The notes beneath the pieces are model-generated. The model was given only the letters and a program-made list of their open reading frames with translations, made no database searches and was not told where the DNA came from. DNA of 64,000 bases. Origin: an uncultured Candidatus Saccharibacteria bacterium. Its GTDB lineage: Bacteria; Patescibacteriota; Minisyncoccia; Phycocordibacterales; CAYSCM01. Below are positions 39,876-48,247 of this stretch, piece after piece (positions within the stretch are counted from its first letter, which is position 1; each line of letters begins with the position of its first letter). A program made the translations under genes and the position numbers. The DNA is taken from NCBI GenBank assembly GCA_964429815.1, contig CAYSCM010000001.1, forward strand, positions 96,001 to 160,000, given 5' to 3'.

Positions 39876-40052
39876 TTAGATTATTTTTTGAAGCCCGTAG
39901 GTAAAGGCTGCGTCGAAGACGCCGAGAAAGAGCGACACGCCGATCGAGATGCCGATGACGAGAAGTGTAAAGACGATCGCTTGGCGACGGGTCGCCCACG
40001 ATACGTGCCGAAGTTCGGCCCTGGTTTCCTTGAGATAGTCGATGAGGCTCAT
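39876..40052 (-). CDS. secE: preprotein translocase subunit SecE
   Basis: 58 aa, MSLIDYLKETRAELRHVSWATRRQAIVFTLLVIGISIGVSLFLGVFDAAFTYGLQKII, single TM, directly upstream of nusG. Confidence 0.85.
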   Translation of the reverse strand: MSLIDYLKETRAELRHVSWATRRQAIVFTLLVIGISIGVSLFLGVFDAAFTYGLQKII

Positions 40053-40070
40053 GAGAGTTTTTTCCTATTA

Positions 40071-40090
40071 AAAAACCCCTTGCGGGGGTT
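40071..40090 (-). terminator. rho-independent terminator (AACCCCCGCAAGGGG + T-run on minus strand)
   Basis: GC stem-loop followed by TTTTTT, located between the orphan gene and secE. Confidence 0.6.
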
Positions 40091-40120
40091 GCTAGTACAG
40101 AAACCCTACTCCCTTTTCGG

Positions 40121-40159
40121 AGCGTTGTCAATAAAGAAAAAGACCTGGTTTCTTGCGAA
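40121..40159 (-). terminator. rho-independent terminator (13-bp perfect stem AAGACCTGGTTTC-ttgc-GAAACCAGGTCTT)
   Basis: Perfect hairpin immediately after the stop at 40182, followed by TTTCTTTAT on the minus strand. It is the first of two tandem terminators. Confidence 0.65.
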
Positions 40160-40181
40160 ACCAGGTCTTGCGTGCAAGGGA

Positions 40182-40994
40182 TTACTTGGACGACCGGTAC
40201 TGCTTTTGCCCGACCGGCCCTTTCTTGGGCTGGTCCTCGAGGCGGCGCGTGCGGTTTTCCGCCCGACGCGCCTCACGCTCGGCGCGCGAGGGCTTGGGGC
40301 TCTCCTGCGGCGAGTTGGGCAGGACGACGACATTGTCGCCCGCGGGTTTCACCTGCCGGTCGCGCGGATAGCGCCGCGAGATGGTCCTTCCCTCCTTGCG
40401 GAAGGTGACCGCCCAGAAGGGGCCGTCCGGGCGACGGTCGACGCTCCAGCCATGGATCTTCATGGCCTCAATGTCGACGTCGGAGGGCTCCGCGGCGGAG
40501 TGGCCGAGCGCGTAGTGTGCCCTGAGGGCCTTATACGCGGGGCCGGGAAGGAGTTTCTTCCCGACGTTTGCTTCCCCATGCGGGTAACTCCCGAAGCGGA
40601 AGCCCCAGACGCCGCCGAGGCGAACCAGGCAGAACCCCAGAATCGACGCGGCTTGGGCCGCGCGGCACATGTGCCGCACGTCCTCGGCCGTGGCCGGTCG
40701 GTCCTGAACCGACGCGAGGGCGACGATCGCGTCCTCGAATGCCACTTTCGCGAACCGCTTGCGCGGTTCGTCGAAGGAGCAGGCGCCGAGGAAGCGCTCG
40801 TAGGTCGAGCGCGACAAGTGCGCCCTGCCTTCGGTCATGGAGTCGGCGAGCCGACTCCAGTCATCGCCATTTTCGGCGCGGGCGTAGTCCATCGCCCTGT
40901 GGAGGGCCGCGTTGATCAACTTGCCGTCGCCCTCAGCGGTGCCACTTTGGGCACGCTCGAGACACTCGTCGAACGTCAGGAAAACCACCGTCAT
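40182..40994 (-). CDS. hypothetical cytoplasmic protein (270 aa) with basic low-complexity C-terminus; locally elevated G+C
   Basis: Clean ORF; no signal peptide and no motif recognised. Composition by eye is more GC-rich than neighbours. Confidence 0.5.
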   Translation of the reverse strand: MTVVFLTFDECLERAQSGTAEGDGKLINAALHRAMDYARAENGDDWSRLADSMTEGRAHLSRSTYERFLGACSFDEPRKRFAKVAFEDAIVALASVQDRPATAEDVRHMCRAAQAASILGFCLVRLGGVWGFRFGSYPHGEANVGKKLLPGPAYKALRAHYALGHSAAEPSDVDIEAMKIHGWSVDRRPDGPFWAVTFRKEGRTISRRYPRDRQVKPAGDNVVVLPNSPQESPKPSRAEREARRAENRTRRLEDQPKKGPVGQKQYRSSK

Positions 40995-41089
40995 GGAAGA
41001 CCCCTACAGGTTGAAGTGCGGAAGGTACAAAACAGCGACCCTCAGGGTCGCTGTTTCATTCAAGCACAGAATAGTTAATTTGTCAATAT

Positions 41090-41935
41090 CTACCGTATCT
41101 CGTAGGTGATGGTGACGTTGCTCGCGTAGCGGTTCTGTCCTGCCGGGATTTCCGGAGCCGTCGACGGTGCCCCTCCCGCCCCGTACGCGGTCGCCTTATC
41201 GAAGTAGACGGGTCCACCGTTTTCGTTGAAGGAAACGATGCGCACAAGGCGCACCCCGAGCTCCTGCGCGAGTTCCTGCGCGCGGCCCTTAGCCTGCGCG
41301 ATGGCCTTCGTGCGAGCCTGATCTTTCGCCACGTCCTCATTGTCGAGCGTGAAGGAAACGCCGCTGACGTTTTCGACATTGAGCTTCCCGACCCCGGCGA
41401 GGAGCATGCCAACCTTGGCGGTGTCATGCACCTTCACCTCAACGCTCTGGGACACCTCGTAGCCGATGAGCGTCTGCTTCCCCTGCGGGCACGGATAGGC
41501 GAAGCACTGGATGGTCCCGTAGTCGTATTTCGGGTAGATAGCGTAACCCGTCGTTTTGATGTCTTTCTCGTTGATGTTTTGCGACTTGAGATAGGCTAGC
41601 GCGTCGTTCATCTTTTTGGTCGCCGCCGCCTGCGCTTCAGCGGTCGTTTTCGCACTCTGCACTACTGAAAAGGAGAAGGTGGCGACATCAGGGGTCGCAT
41701 AGACTTCGCCTTCCCCCTGGACCGTAATGGTGTTGGTGGGGGCAACGCCCGAGCCGATGTAGCGCAAATTCATAAAAGCGCCGACCGTGAGAGTGAGGAG
41801 GTAGAAGCCGAGGACGACCATGGTCGCAAGCGCCGCACGCGACAGCCACAGTTTTGTTTTTGGATCTGCCGACTGATCAAACATAGAAAATAGTTTTAAT
41901 GACTGAGTGAATTGAGTTAATAAAGTATAACGCAT
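41090..41935 (-). CDS. SIMPL (DUF541)-like secreted/membrane-anchored protein
   Basis: N-terminal TM or signal anchor, ~230-aa domain with SIMPL/BP26-like alternating beta pattern, Ala/Gln-rich helix …AEAQAAATKK…. Confidence 0.45.
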   Translation of the reverse strand: MRYTLLTQFTQSLKLFSMFDQSADPKTKLWLSRAALATMVVLGFYLLTLTVGAFMNLRYIGSGVAPTNTITVQGEGEVYATPDVATFSFSVVQSAKTTAEAQAAATKKMNDALAYLKSQNINEKDIKTTGYAIYPKYDYGTIQCFAYPCPQGKQTLIGYEVSQSVEVKVHDTAKVGMLLAGVGKLNVENVSGVSFTLDNEDVAKDQARTKAIAQAKGRAQELAQELGVRLVRIVSFNENGGPVYFDKATAYGAGGAPSTAPEIPAGQNRYASNVTITYEIR

Positions 41936-41980
41936 CCGTGTACGCAGAAGATGACGGAATAATGAAGCTTCCGTTACCGG

Positions 41981-42643
41981 CTATTGTCCGGACGTCGAGG
42001 TCCCAAGCATCGTCGCCGAATCAAGAGCGCTCTCCGGACCGCGGTTCTTGTAGCGCAAAATGAAATCTCGAAGGCGCTGTAGCTCGTCGAGGGAAGTCGT
42101 CGCCCCCGCCAGATTGAACTTGTCGAGCCTGCCCCACGCGGCGGCGGCCACGTCGGTGTCGTTTTCATTGCGGCGCGTGACAATAACCTTCACGCCATCA
42201 AGAAGCCCCTTGAGCGCTTGAATTGTCGTCGATGAGACGGAGCCCTTATAGGAAATCCATACGTCGCCGTGCTCAAGGTTGTGGACGACGCGCATGTCCG
42301 GAAGCCCGCGGCCATAAAAACCGACCGGTGCCGGCGTGGCGAAGTGAGGTCCGGAGGTCGGGGGGTTGCTGTTGTAGGTAGTGGGTCGCGGCGAACCTTC
42401 CGGAATATGCTCCCGGCCCACGATAGTGTATGCGATGCTCCTGTCGGGGCCTTTCGGAATCTCGGCCGAGACGGCGCTCCAGAGCGCGTACCCAAGCCCG
42501 ATAAAGACAAGGAGGGCGACGCCCCACCCGATGAAACGTCCTGTGCCACGGCGACGGACCGAGGCTCCCGGTGTCGTCGGCCTTTCTTTTTTTTCTTGGG
42601 CGCGACGCGCTTCGTACTGCTCTTTGGGTGTGAGCTCTGCCAT
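41981..42643 (-). CDS. membrane-anchored DUF3105-like protein (HNLEHG motif)
   Basis: N-terminal TM anchor and the conserved …RVVHNLEHGDVWISY… motif. Confidence 0.45.
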   Translation of the reverse strand: MAELTPKEQYEARRAQEKKERPTTPGASVRRRGTGRFIGWGVALLVFIGLGYALWSAVSAEIPKGPDRSIAYTIVGREHIPEGSPRPTTYNSNPPTSGPHFATPAPVGFYGRGLPDMRVVHNLEHGDVWISYKGSVSSTTIQALKGLLDGVKVIVTRRNENDTDVAAAAWGRLDKFNLAGATTSLDELQRLRDFILRYKNRGPESALDSATMLGTSTSGQ

Positions 42644-42690
42644 GCGTAAGAGCCTAGCATAAAAAAGCAGCCTCGACGAAATCGAGGCCG

Positions 42691-43158
42691 CTAGAATGAC
42701 GGCACGAAGAAGTCTATATGGTCAAAATCGCCGGCACGGTTTCGATAGTAGACGTTTGCCTGTATTTTCTCTCCCGCAAGAAGTCTCGGTAGAAAGTGGC
42801 GATCCGACTCAAACATGCGCTCGTACGGCAGCTCGGCGACGTCGAACCACCGCGGAATCATGTCGTTCGTCTCGCGCGGTTCGCCGGTGAAATAGTCTGT
42901 TTCGTACACGTGCGTTTCGAAGTCGGGAACTCCTGCCGCGAAGAATACTATGATGCCGACTCTCCGAAGACGTCCTTCGTCAAGGAATATCCCGAGCTCT
43001 TCCCGCACTTCGCGCAGAAGACACCCCGTAAGGCTCTCGCCCGCTTCCTGTTTCCCCCCAGGACCAACAATCACGCCCTTGCCGATCTCGCCCTTTTTCT
43101 TTTCTCCGAGCAGGAGTTTGTCACCTCTGCGAATATGAACCAGCGTTGCTACTTTCAT
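42691..43158 (-). CDS. NUDIX hydrolase
   Basis: Nudix box GPGGKQEAGESLTGCLLREVREELGI. Confidence 0.85.
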   Translation of the reverse strand: MKVATLVHIRRGDKLLLGEKKKGEIGKGVIVGPGGKQEAGESLTGCLLREVREELGIFLDEGRLRRVGIIVFFAAGVPDFETHVYETDYFTGEPRETNDMIPRWFDVAELPYERMFESDRHFLPRLLAGEKIQANVYYRNRAGDFDHIDFFVPSF

Positions 43159-43182
43159 GGGCTTCTCCTTTCTGCATACATT

Positions 43183-43896
43183 CTAGACACCGGCGAGACG
43201 TATGACAACGTAGAGCAATCCAATACCAATGAGCGTCATCACCGTGGTGAGGCGCATGGGGTGTGCGTGATGGCTCTCAGGAAGCAAATCGGCAGCGCCG
43301 ATATAGAGAAAGAATCCGGAAAAGAGCGCGAGGAGCAGACCAAGCGATGTCTGAGGTACGCTAAAGAAAAAGGTCGAGAGAACACCGACGACAGGCGCTG
43401 CTGCATCTACCAACAGCCAGTGAAAGGCGCGACGCCGATCACTTCCGCTTCGTAAAATCAGATTGACCGTATTGATGCCGTCGGAGAAATCATGCGTTAG
43501 CACCGCCGCGGCGACGATAAGCCCGACAGCGGAGGAAACCTGGAAGGCAAGTCCGATCGCAATACCATCAAGAAAACTGTGGAACGAGAGGCTTCCAGCT
43601 CCGAAACTTCCTCGATGGGTGTGCGCGTGATCTCCCCCGTGGGCATGATGTAAAATGAGCCTATCAAGAACGAGATAGAGAACAAATCCTAGGGCCATGA
43701 TGGAGACAATAAATGAGGGCTTGAAGGTTCCGCCAGCAAGCTCGAGAGCTTCAGGGATAAGATCAAAAAAGGCCACCGCGATAATGGCACCCGCAGAAAA
43801 CCCTAGAACAAGATGGAGACGATCCCGCAACCGTAGAGCAAAAATCCCGCCAAGAAGTGTGGCGCCACATGCAGCAGCGGCGATGAGGTAAATCAT
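43183..43896 (-). CDS. ZIP-family metal transporter (ZupT-like)
   Basis: 8 TM helices, His-rich loop (HHAHGGDHAHTH), and the …HSFLDGIAIG…/…HDFSDG… ZIP signature helices. Confidence 0.85.
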   Translation of the reverse strand: MIYLIAAAACGATLLGGIFALRLRDRLHLVLGFSAGAIIAVAFFDLIPEALELAGGTFKPSFIVSIMALGFVLYLVLDRLILHHAHGGDHAHTHRGSFGAGSLSFHSFLDGIAIGLAFQVSSAVGLIVAAAVLTHDFSDGINTVNLILRSGSDRRRAFHWLLVDAAAPVVGVLSTFFFSVPQTSLGLLLALFSGFFLYIGAADLLPESHHAHPMRLTTVMTLIGIGLLYVVIRLAGV

Positions 43897-43911
43897 GACG
43901 TGAGCGCTCTC

Positions 43912-44355
43912 TTAGTATTCCCCAAGTGGGAGCGGTTTCACAGGGGTCATAAATGCACGCGGATCGCGCTTCCAGACATCAGAGATATCGGCGTAAAGCT
44001 CGAGCTCATTGCCGTCCGGGTCCCGTATGTAGAGACTGTGGGTCACACCGTGATCGCTTGCACCGACGATCTCGACCGTTCCTTTAAGCTCTTGGTACAC
44101 GGCCCTGAGCGCTTCGGCCCCGTCGCCGATTTTAAAACCGATGTGGTAGAGACCCGGCTCGGGAAAGGCTCTCTCCGGTGCCCTACCCCCTACTTCTATG
44201 AGGAGCAGTTCATGGTGGGTGCGGCCGGAAGAAAAAGCGGCAGCTCCCGGGAATCGGCCTATTTCTCGAAAGCCGAGCGTGTCGCGATAAAAATCCGCGC
44301 TCCTCTTTACGTTGCTTACATAAAGCACCACGTGCCCAAGTTCCTTGATCTCCAT
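43912..44355 (-). CDS. glyoxalase/VOC-family protein
   Basis: …LGHVVLYVSNVKRSADFYRDTLGF…HHELLL…GLYHIGFKIGD…DPDGNELELY…. Start at MEIKELGH. Confidence 0.75.
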   Translation of the reverse strand: MEIKELGHVVLYVSNVKRSADFYRDTLGFREIGRFPGAAAFSSGRTHHELLLIEVGGRAPERAFPEPGLYHIGFKIGDGAEALRAVYQELKGTVEIVGASDHGVTHSLYIRDPDGNELELYADISDVWKRDPRAFMTPVKPLPLGEY

Positions 44356-44416
44356 TAGGTTAGCGAGCGTCCTTTGACTGCTCGAGTCAGGATGACACTC
44401 ACAGTGTAACGCGGAT

Positions 44417-45133
44417 CTAGTATCCGGCGAACTCCTCAAAGCGGATGTCGTCTTCGGAAACGCCTACGCCGGAGAGCATCTTATGCATGGCAGCGACCAT
44501 CCCTAGCGGACCTGCTATGTAGAAAATCGCAGCTGTGAGGTCGCCGAGGTGGCGCCCGAGCATTGCCTCATCAAGATAGCCTCTCTCCCCGCTCCACGAT
44601 TGCCGCGATTTTTCCATATCAGTCATGGTTGCTATGAGGTGAAAGTTTTTATGTTCGTCCGCAAGACTTTGAAGATCGGCAAGGAAGGCAGTGTCTTCGG
44701 GGCGTCTGTTGGAGTAAAAAAGGCAGAGTTCGTAGGGAAGTTTTCGGTGGAGGGCATCCTTAATCATCGAGAAAAAAGGCGTGATGCCGATGCCGCCCGC
44801 CAGAAATACCGCCGGGCGTTTTTCGTTGGTGTGGAGGCGAAAAGAACCCATCGGACCCTCAAGGGAAAGACCCGTACCGATCGCCATACTTTTGAGCGTG
44901 CGCTTGAAGGCTGTGTCCCGCATGCGGGTCGTTATACTAAGTTCGTGCTCATGTGGAGCGGAGACCAGTGAAAAGGTGCGCGTATTCCCCTCCGCATCGG
45001 TCTCCGGTGGGTTTTCGAGGGTGAGGTCGATCGTCTGTCCCGCGATATAGGTGAGCCCCTCCGGCTTTTCAAAATAAAAACGCATCGTGCCTTCGGCAAC
45101 AGTTTCCCTATTGGTGAGTTTTGTATGCATCAC
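44417..45133 (-). CDS. ferredoxin-NADP reductase-like oxidoreductase (FAD/NAD-binding)
   Basis: RxFS-type FAD motif (NTRTFSLVSAP), GGIGITPF NAD(P) motif, C-terminal …EEF. Confidence 0.8.
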   Translation of the reverse strand: MMHTKLTNRETVAEGTMRFYFEKPEGLTYIAGQTIDLTLENPPETDAEGNTRTFSLVSAPHEHELSITTRMRDTAFKRTLKSMAIGTGLSLEGPMGSFRLHTNEKRPAVFLAGGIGITPFFSMIKDALHRKLPYELCLFYSNRRPEDTAFLADLQSLADEHKNFHLIATMTDMEKSRQSWSGERGYLDEAMLGRHLGDLTAAIFYIAGPLGMVAAMHKMLSGVGVSEDDIRFEEFAGY

Positions 45134-45281
45134 TCTATTTTACCTGGGTCAGAGGGGTGCAGTTAATACGACTGACTTCATGGCCATTCTATCAGATCCC
45201 GAGTACATGGCGGGGGTGAAGGAGAAGTTGAACATCATAGCCACCCTCCAAATTATGGCGGAGCGAGTGTAGACTAACGTT

Positions 45282-46097
45282 ATGGAAGATGCCGGCCCCA
45301 ATCCTTCAAACATTTTTAAAGGCACGGCTTGGTACTACGCTCGGTATCGTCGCCCTTACCCAAAGCAGTTGTTAGAAGATATTGCTTCCTACTACCATCT
45401 TGATGGAAAGGGTCGCCTTCTCGATTTGGGCTGTGGAACTGGTGAGTTGACCACTCCTCTCGCCTCTTATTTCGAAAGAGCCACTGGCCTAGATCCGAGC
45501 TCAGATATGCTGGCAGAGGCGAGGTCAAAAGCAAAGGAACAAGGCGCCCTAAATATAACTTGGACACAAGGCAAAGCAGAAGATCTCGACGAAAGTTATG
45601 GGTCTGTGCGTCTCACAACAGCAGGAGTTTCTTTTCATTGGATGAAACAGCCTGTTGTTTTTGAGAATGTTTATCGCATCACAGAAAATGCTGGAGGAAT
45701 GGTGATTATTGGCGACACGTCGCCGGTGCGCGGCAAAGAAAAAACCGAGGATTGGAAGATGAAGCGCAAGGAACTGATCGTAAAATATCTTGGCGAAGAT
45801 AGGCGCGCCGGGGATCACCTGCACAAAGATTTTATTCCGAAAAAACGGCCATTTGAGGAATTAATTGCCGAGTCGCCATTCCACACTTTTGAATTTAAGG
45901 AATATCCCTACACAACAGAACGCAACATCGATGAAATAATTGGATTTTTATACTCTACGTCGTATGCCACTAAACGTCTCTTTGGAGAGAGCGTGGGCGA
46001 ATTCGAGCAGGAACTTCGCAGTGAACTTCTGAAGCTCGTGCCCTCAAACAAGTTCATTGAGGACGGCAAAGCGGACGCATTTTTCCTGCTCAAATAG
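45282..46097 (+). CDS. class I SAM-dependent methyltransferase
   Basis: Motif I LLDLGCGTGELT, acidic motif II (…GLDPSSDML…), motif III region. Confidence 0.85.
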   Translation: MEDAGPNPSNIFKGTAWYYARYRRPYPKQLLEDIASYYHLDGKGRLLDLGCGTGELTTPLASYFERATGLDPSSDMLAEARSKAKEQGALNITWTQGKAEDLDESYGSVRLTTAGVSFHWMKQPVVFENVYRITENAGGMVIIGDTSPVRGKEKTEDWKMKRKELIVKYLGEDRRAGDHLHKDFIPKKRPFEELIAESPFHTFEFKEYPYTTERNIDEIIGFLYSTSYATKRLFGESVGEFEQELRSELLKLVPSNKFIEDGKADAFFLLK

Positions 46098-46119
46098 ACA
46101 GTTCGATTAAGACCTATCA

Positions 46120-46193
46120 GGGGTGCCTACCCGGATTTGAACCGGGGATAACAGAGCCACAATCTGTTGTGTTACCACTACACTATAGGCACC
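46120..46193 (-). tRNA. tRNA-His (anticodon GTG)
   Basis: Folds as a cloverleaf with G-1, 7-bp acceptor GTGCCTA/TAGGCAC, anticodon stem ACAGA/TCTGT with loop TTGTGGC, T-arm CCCGG-TTCAAAT-CCGGG. Confidence 0.85.
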
Positions 46194-46214
46194 ATCCTTT
46201 GATTATCACTCCTG

Positions 46215-46772
46215 TTAGCGATAATCGGGAGCGTCCTCTTTTATAGCAGATTGTCTGTTCGTTAGTCGAGCGAGCGCAAAGAGGATAGAAGAAAGGCGGT
46301 TGAGGAACGCCCTCGTGTGTTCGCCAACGGAGCGCTCTCCCTCATCGGCGACCGCAATGACCTTGCGTTCCGTCCGACGCGCCATGGCGCGCGCAGTATC
46401 GAAGAGCGCGGAGAGTTCCGTTCCTCCCGCGATGGAAAAAGTCGTGATGGGCGGCAATTCCTTTTCGATAGTATCGACTAGCTTCTCGATTGCCGTTACC
46501 TTGTTTTTCTCGATGGTCTTTTCCGCGCCCGCAACTTCCGCTTGCACGATGAAAAGATTCTTCTGGAGCCCGTGGACGATGTCGATGAATGGTATGCCGT
46601 GAAGTTCCCGCTTTTCCGCCTTGGCGCGCATTTTAACGACGCCGAGAAACGAATTGACCTCATCAAGAGAGCCGAGAGCTTCACTGATAGCCGAGGCTTT
46701 GGAAATGCGCTTACCCGGCTCCTCCTTGAGCGTTTTCATGGTGCCGTTGTCACCTTTGCCGGTATAGAGCAT
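46215..46772 (-). CDS. PduO-type ATP:cob(I)alamin adenosyltransferase-family protein (PF01923-like)
   Basis: N-terminal MLYTGKGDNGTM… and …ISEALGSLDEVNSFLGVV… match the PduO/MMAB family signature. ATG at 46770-46772. Confidence 0.75.
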   Translation of the reverse strand: MLYTGKGDNGTMKTLKEEPGKRISKASAISEALGSLDEVNSFLGVVKMRAKAEKRELHGIPFIDIVHGLQKNLFIVQAEVAGAEKTIEKNKVTAIEKLVDTIEKELPPITTFSIAGGTELSALFDTARAMARRTERKVIAVADEGERSVGEHTRAFLNRLSSILFALARLTNRQSAIKEDAPDYR

Positions 46773-46869
46773 ACGGGCAGTATACATAGGCAGTGCATTT
46801 GTGCCATTGATTGCCGATTTGTGCCGCTGTGGTAGTCTCGCGACAGACACCGTACAGAGGAGGAGTTGC

Positions 46870-47559
46870 ATGGCACTTCCTGGGCACCGCGCTTCGTGCA
46901 CGGCGCTCTCGAATGAGGAGCGCTGTTGGTGCGAAGCGAAGCACTACGCAGAAATGCTCGCCATTTCAGCGTTCATTCTCGTTGTCGAACTTGTTGCCGG
47001 CTACTTTTCCAATAGCCTCGCATTGTTTGCCGATGCGGGACATGTGGCGGGGGATAATCTCTCCCTCATCATTAACCTCATCACTGCTGTACTCGTCGCG
47101 CGTGGAACGCGGCGTGGGAAGGTGAGACCGTGCGCGTTTCGAGCTGGGTTGATACTCCTCGTGGCCGTTATCATGTGGGTCATCGCCGAGGCAATCACTC
47201 GTTTCGGCGACCCACACAACGTCAACAGCGTGTACATGATCGCTGCCGCTCTAATATGCGCCCCACTCACCGTGGTCCAAATGCGCTCGCACGGTTTGGT
47301 CGCCGATGAGCACAAGGATGATGCACACGACGTCCAGCATCGACACTTCTTCAAGGACTTCCTCATCCACTGCTCAGTGATTGTCGGCGGAGTGCTCGTC
47401 CTGACGACCGGACTCGCCTGGTTCGACTCCATACTGTCGATTTTCATCGGGCTGTTCGTTCTCGGCGACCTCGCGCTCCACTACATGGTTCGCCATGGAT
47501 CTAAGAAATCCACCGAACATCGTGGACACAATCACTCGGGGCACCCGCATTCACACTAA
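46870..47559 (+). CDS. cation diffusion facilitator (CDF) family transporter, TM domain only, His-rich C-tail
   Basis: …GYFSNSLALFADAGHVAGDNLSLIIN… signature and 6 TM helices, ending in HRGHNHSGHPHSH. The usual C-terminal cytoplasmic domain appears absent. Confidence 0.65.
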   Translation: MALPGHRASCTALSNEERCWCEAKHYAEMLAISAFILVVELVAGYFSNSLALFADAGHVAGDNLSLIINLITAVLVARGTRRGKVRPCAFRAGLILLVAVIMWVIAEAITRFGDPHNVNSVYMIAAALICAPLTVVQMRSHGLVADEHKDDAHDVQHRHFFKDFLIHCSVIVGGVLVLTTGLAWFDSILSIFIGLFVLGDLALHYMVRHGSKKSTEHRGHNHSGHPHSH

Positions 47560-47628
47560 TCCCGTTCGCCACAAGCGAGCGGGTTTTCTATTTGTAGAAA
47601 TGGAAAAAATCATTATGATGTGCTGTAC

Positions 47629-47715
47629 GCGCGGGTGGCGAAATTGGCAGACGCACTACCTTGAGGTGGTAGCGCCCTTACGGGCATGGAGGTTCAAGTC
47701 CTCTCCCGCGCACCA
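47629..47715 (+). tRNA. tRNA-Leu (anticodon GAG), CCA encoded
   Basis: Acceptor GCGCGGG/CCCGCGC, anticodon stem CTACC/GGTAG with loop TTGAGGT, long variable arm (GCCC-ttac-GGGC), T-loop TTCAAGT, 3' CCA. Confidence 0.88.
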
Positions 47716-47749
47716 AAACAAGAACGCCTTTGAGAAAAGGCGTTCTTGT

Positions 47750-48208
47750 TTATTTAACTTCCGCTGGGGTCTCTTCCGTGGGAGTCGACTCCGTTGGCGT
47801 TTCTGCCGAGGCAGCGTGCTTGGTATCGGAGGCGCTCGCCTTTTGGGAGATGACCAGGGTATTTCTCATTTGGCGGCGGATTTCTTTCGCCACCTTTTCG
47901 CGCACGTGGTAGAGCTTGGCGCGGCGGACTTTTGCGCGACGGAGCACTTCGATCGATTCGATCATGGGAGAGTAGAGTGGGAAAATCTTTTCTACCCCTA
48001 CCCCGCTCGTGACACGACGTACGGTAAAGGTTGCGCCCGGTTCGGCGCCGTGCTTTCGCGCGAGCACCAGTCCTTCAAACGCCTGGAGGCGCGTCTTGCC
48101 GCCCTCGACGATTTTTTGGCTCACCCGCACGGTATCTCCCGCACGAAGGTCGAGTGTTTTTCGCGCTTCGATATCAACAGGAGAGATTTTTACTGCCGTT
48201 TTTTGCAT
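47750..48208 (-). CDS. rplS: 50S ribosomal protein L19 with C-terminal Thr/Glu-rich extension
   Basis: …[69 protein letters not shown]… is canonical L19. Start at MQKTAVK. Confidence 0.9.
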   Translation of the reverse strand: MQKTAVKISPVDIEARKTLDLRAGDTVRVSQKIVEGGKTRLQAFEGLVLARKHGAEPGATFTVRRVTSGVGVEKIFPLYSPMIESIEVLRRAKVRRAKLYHVREKVAKEIRRQMRNTLVISQKASASDTKHAASAETPTESTPTEETPAEVK

Positions 48209-48247
48209 AACGTCGCCCACTCTAGCACGGTGGGATACGCCCCGCAA

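Noticed and set aside
39861-41078. 405-aa plus-strand ORF spanning secE and the orphan gene
   Set aside because: It crosses two terminator hairpins and is antisense to SecE (clear) and to the 40182..40994 ORF. Arg/Gly-rich GC-frame artefact.
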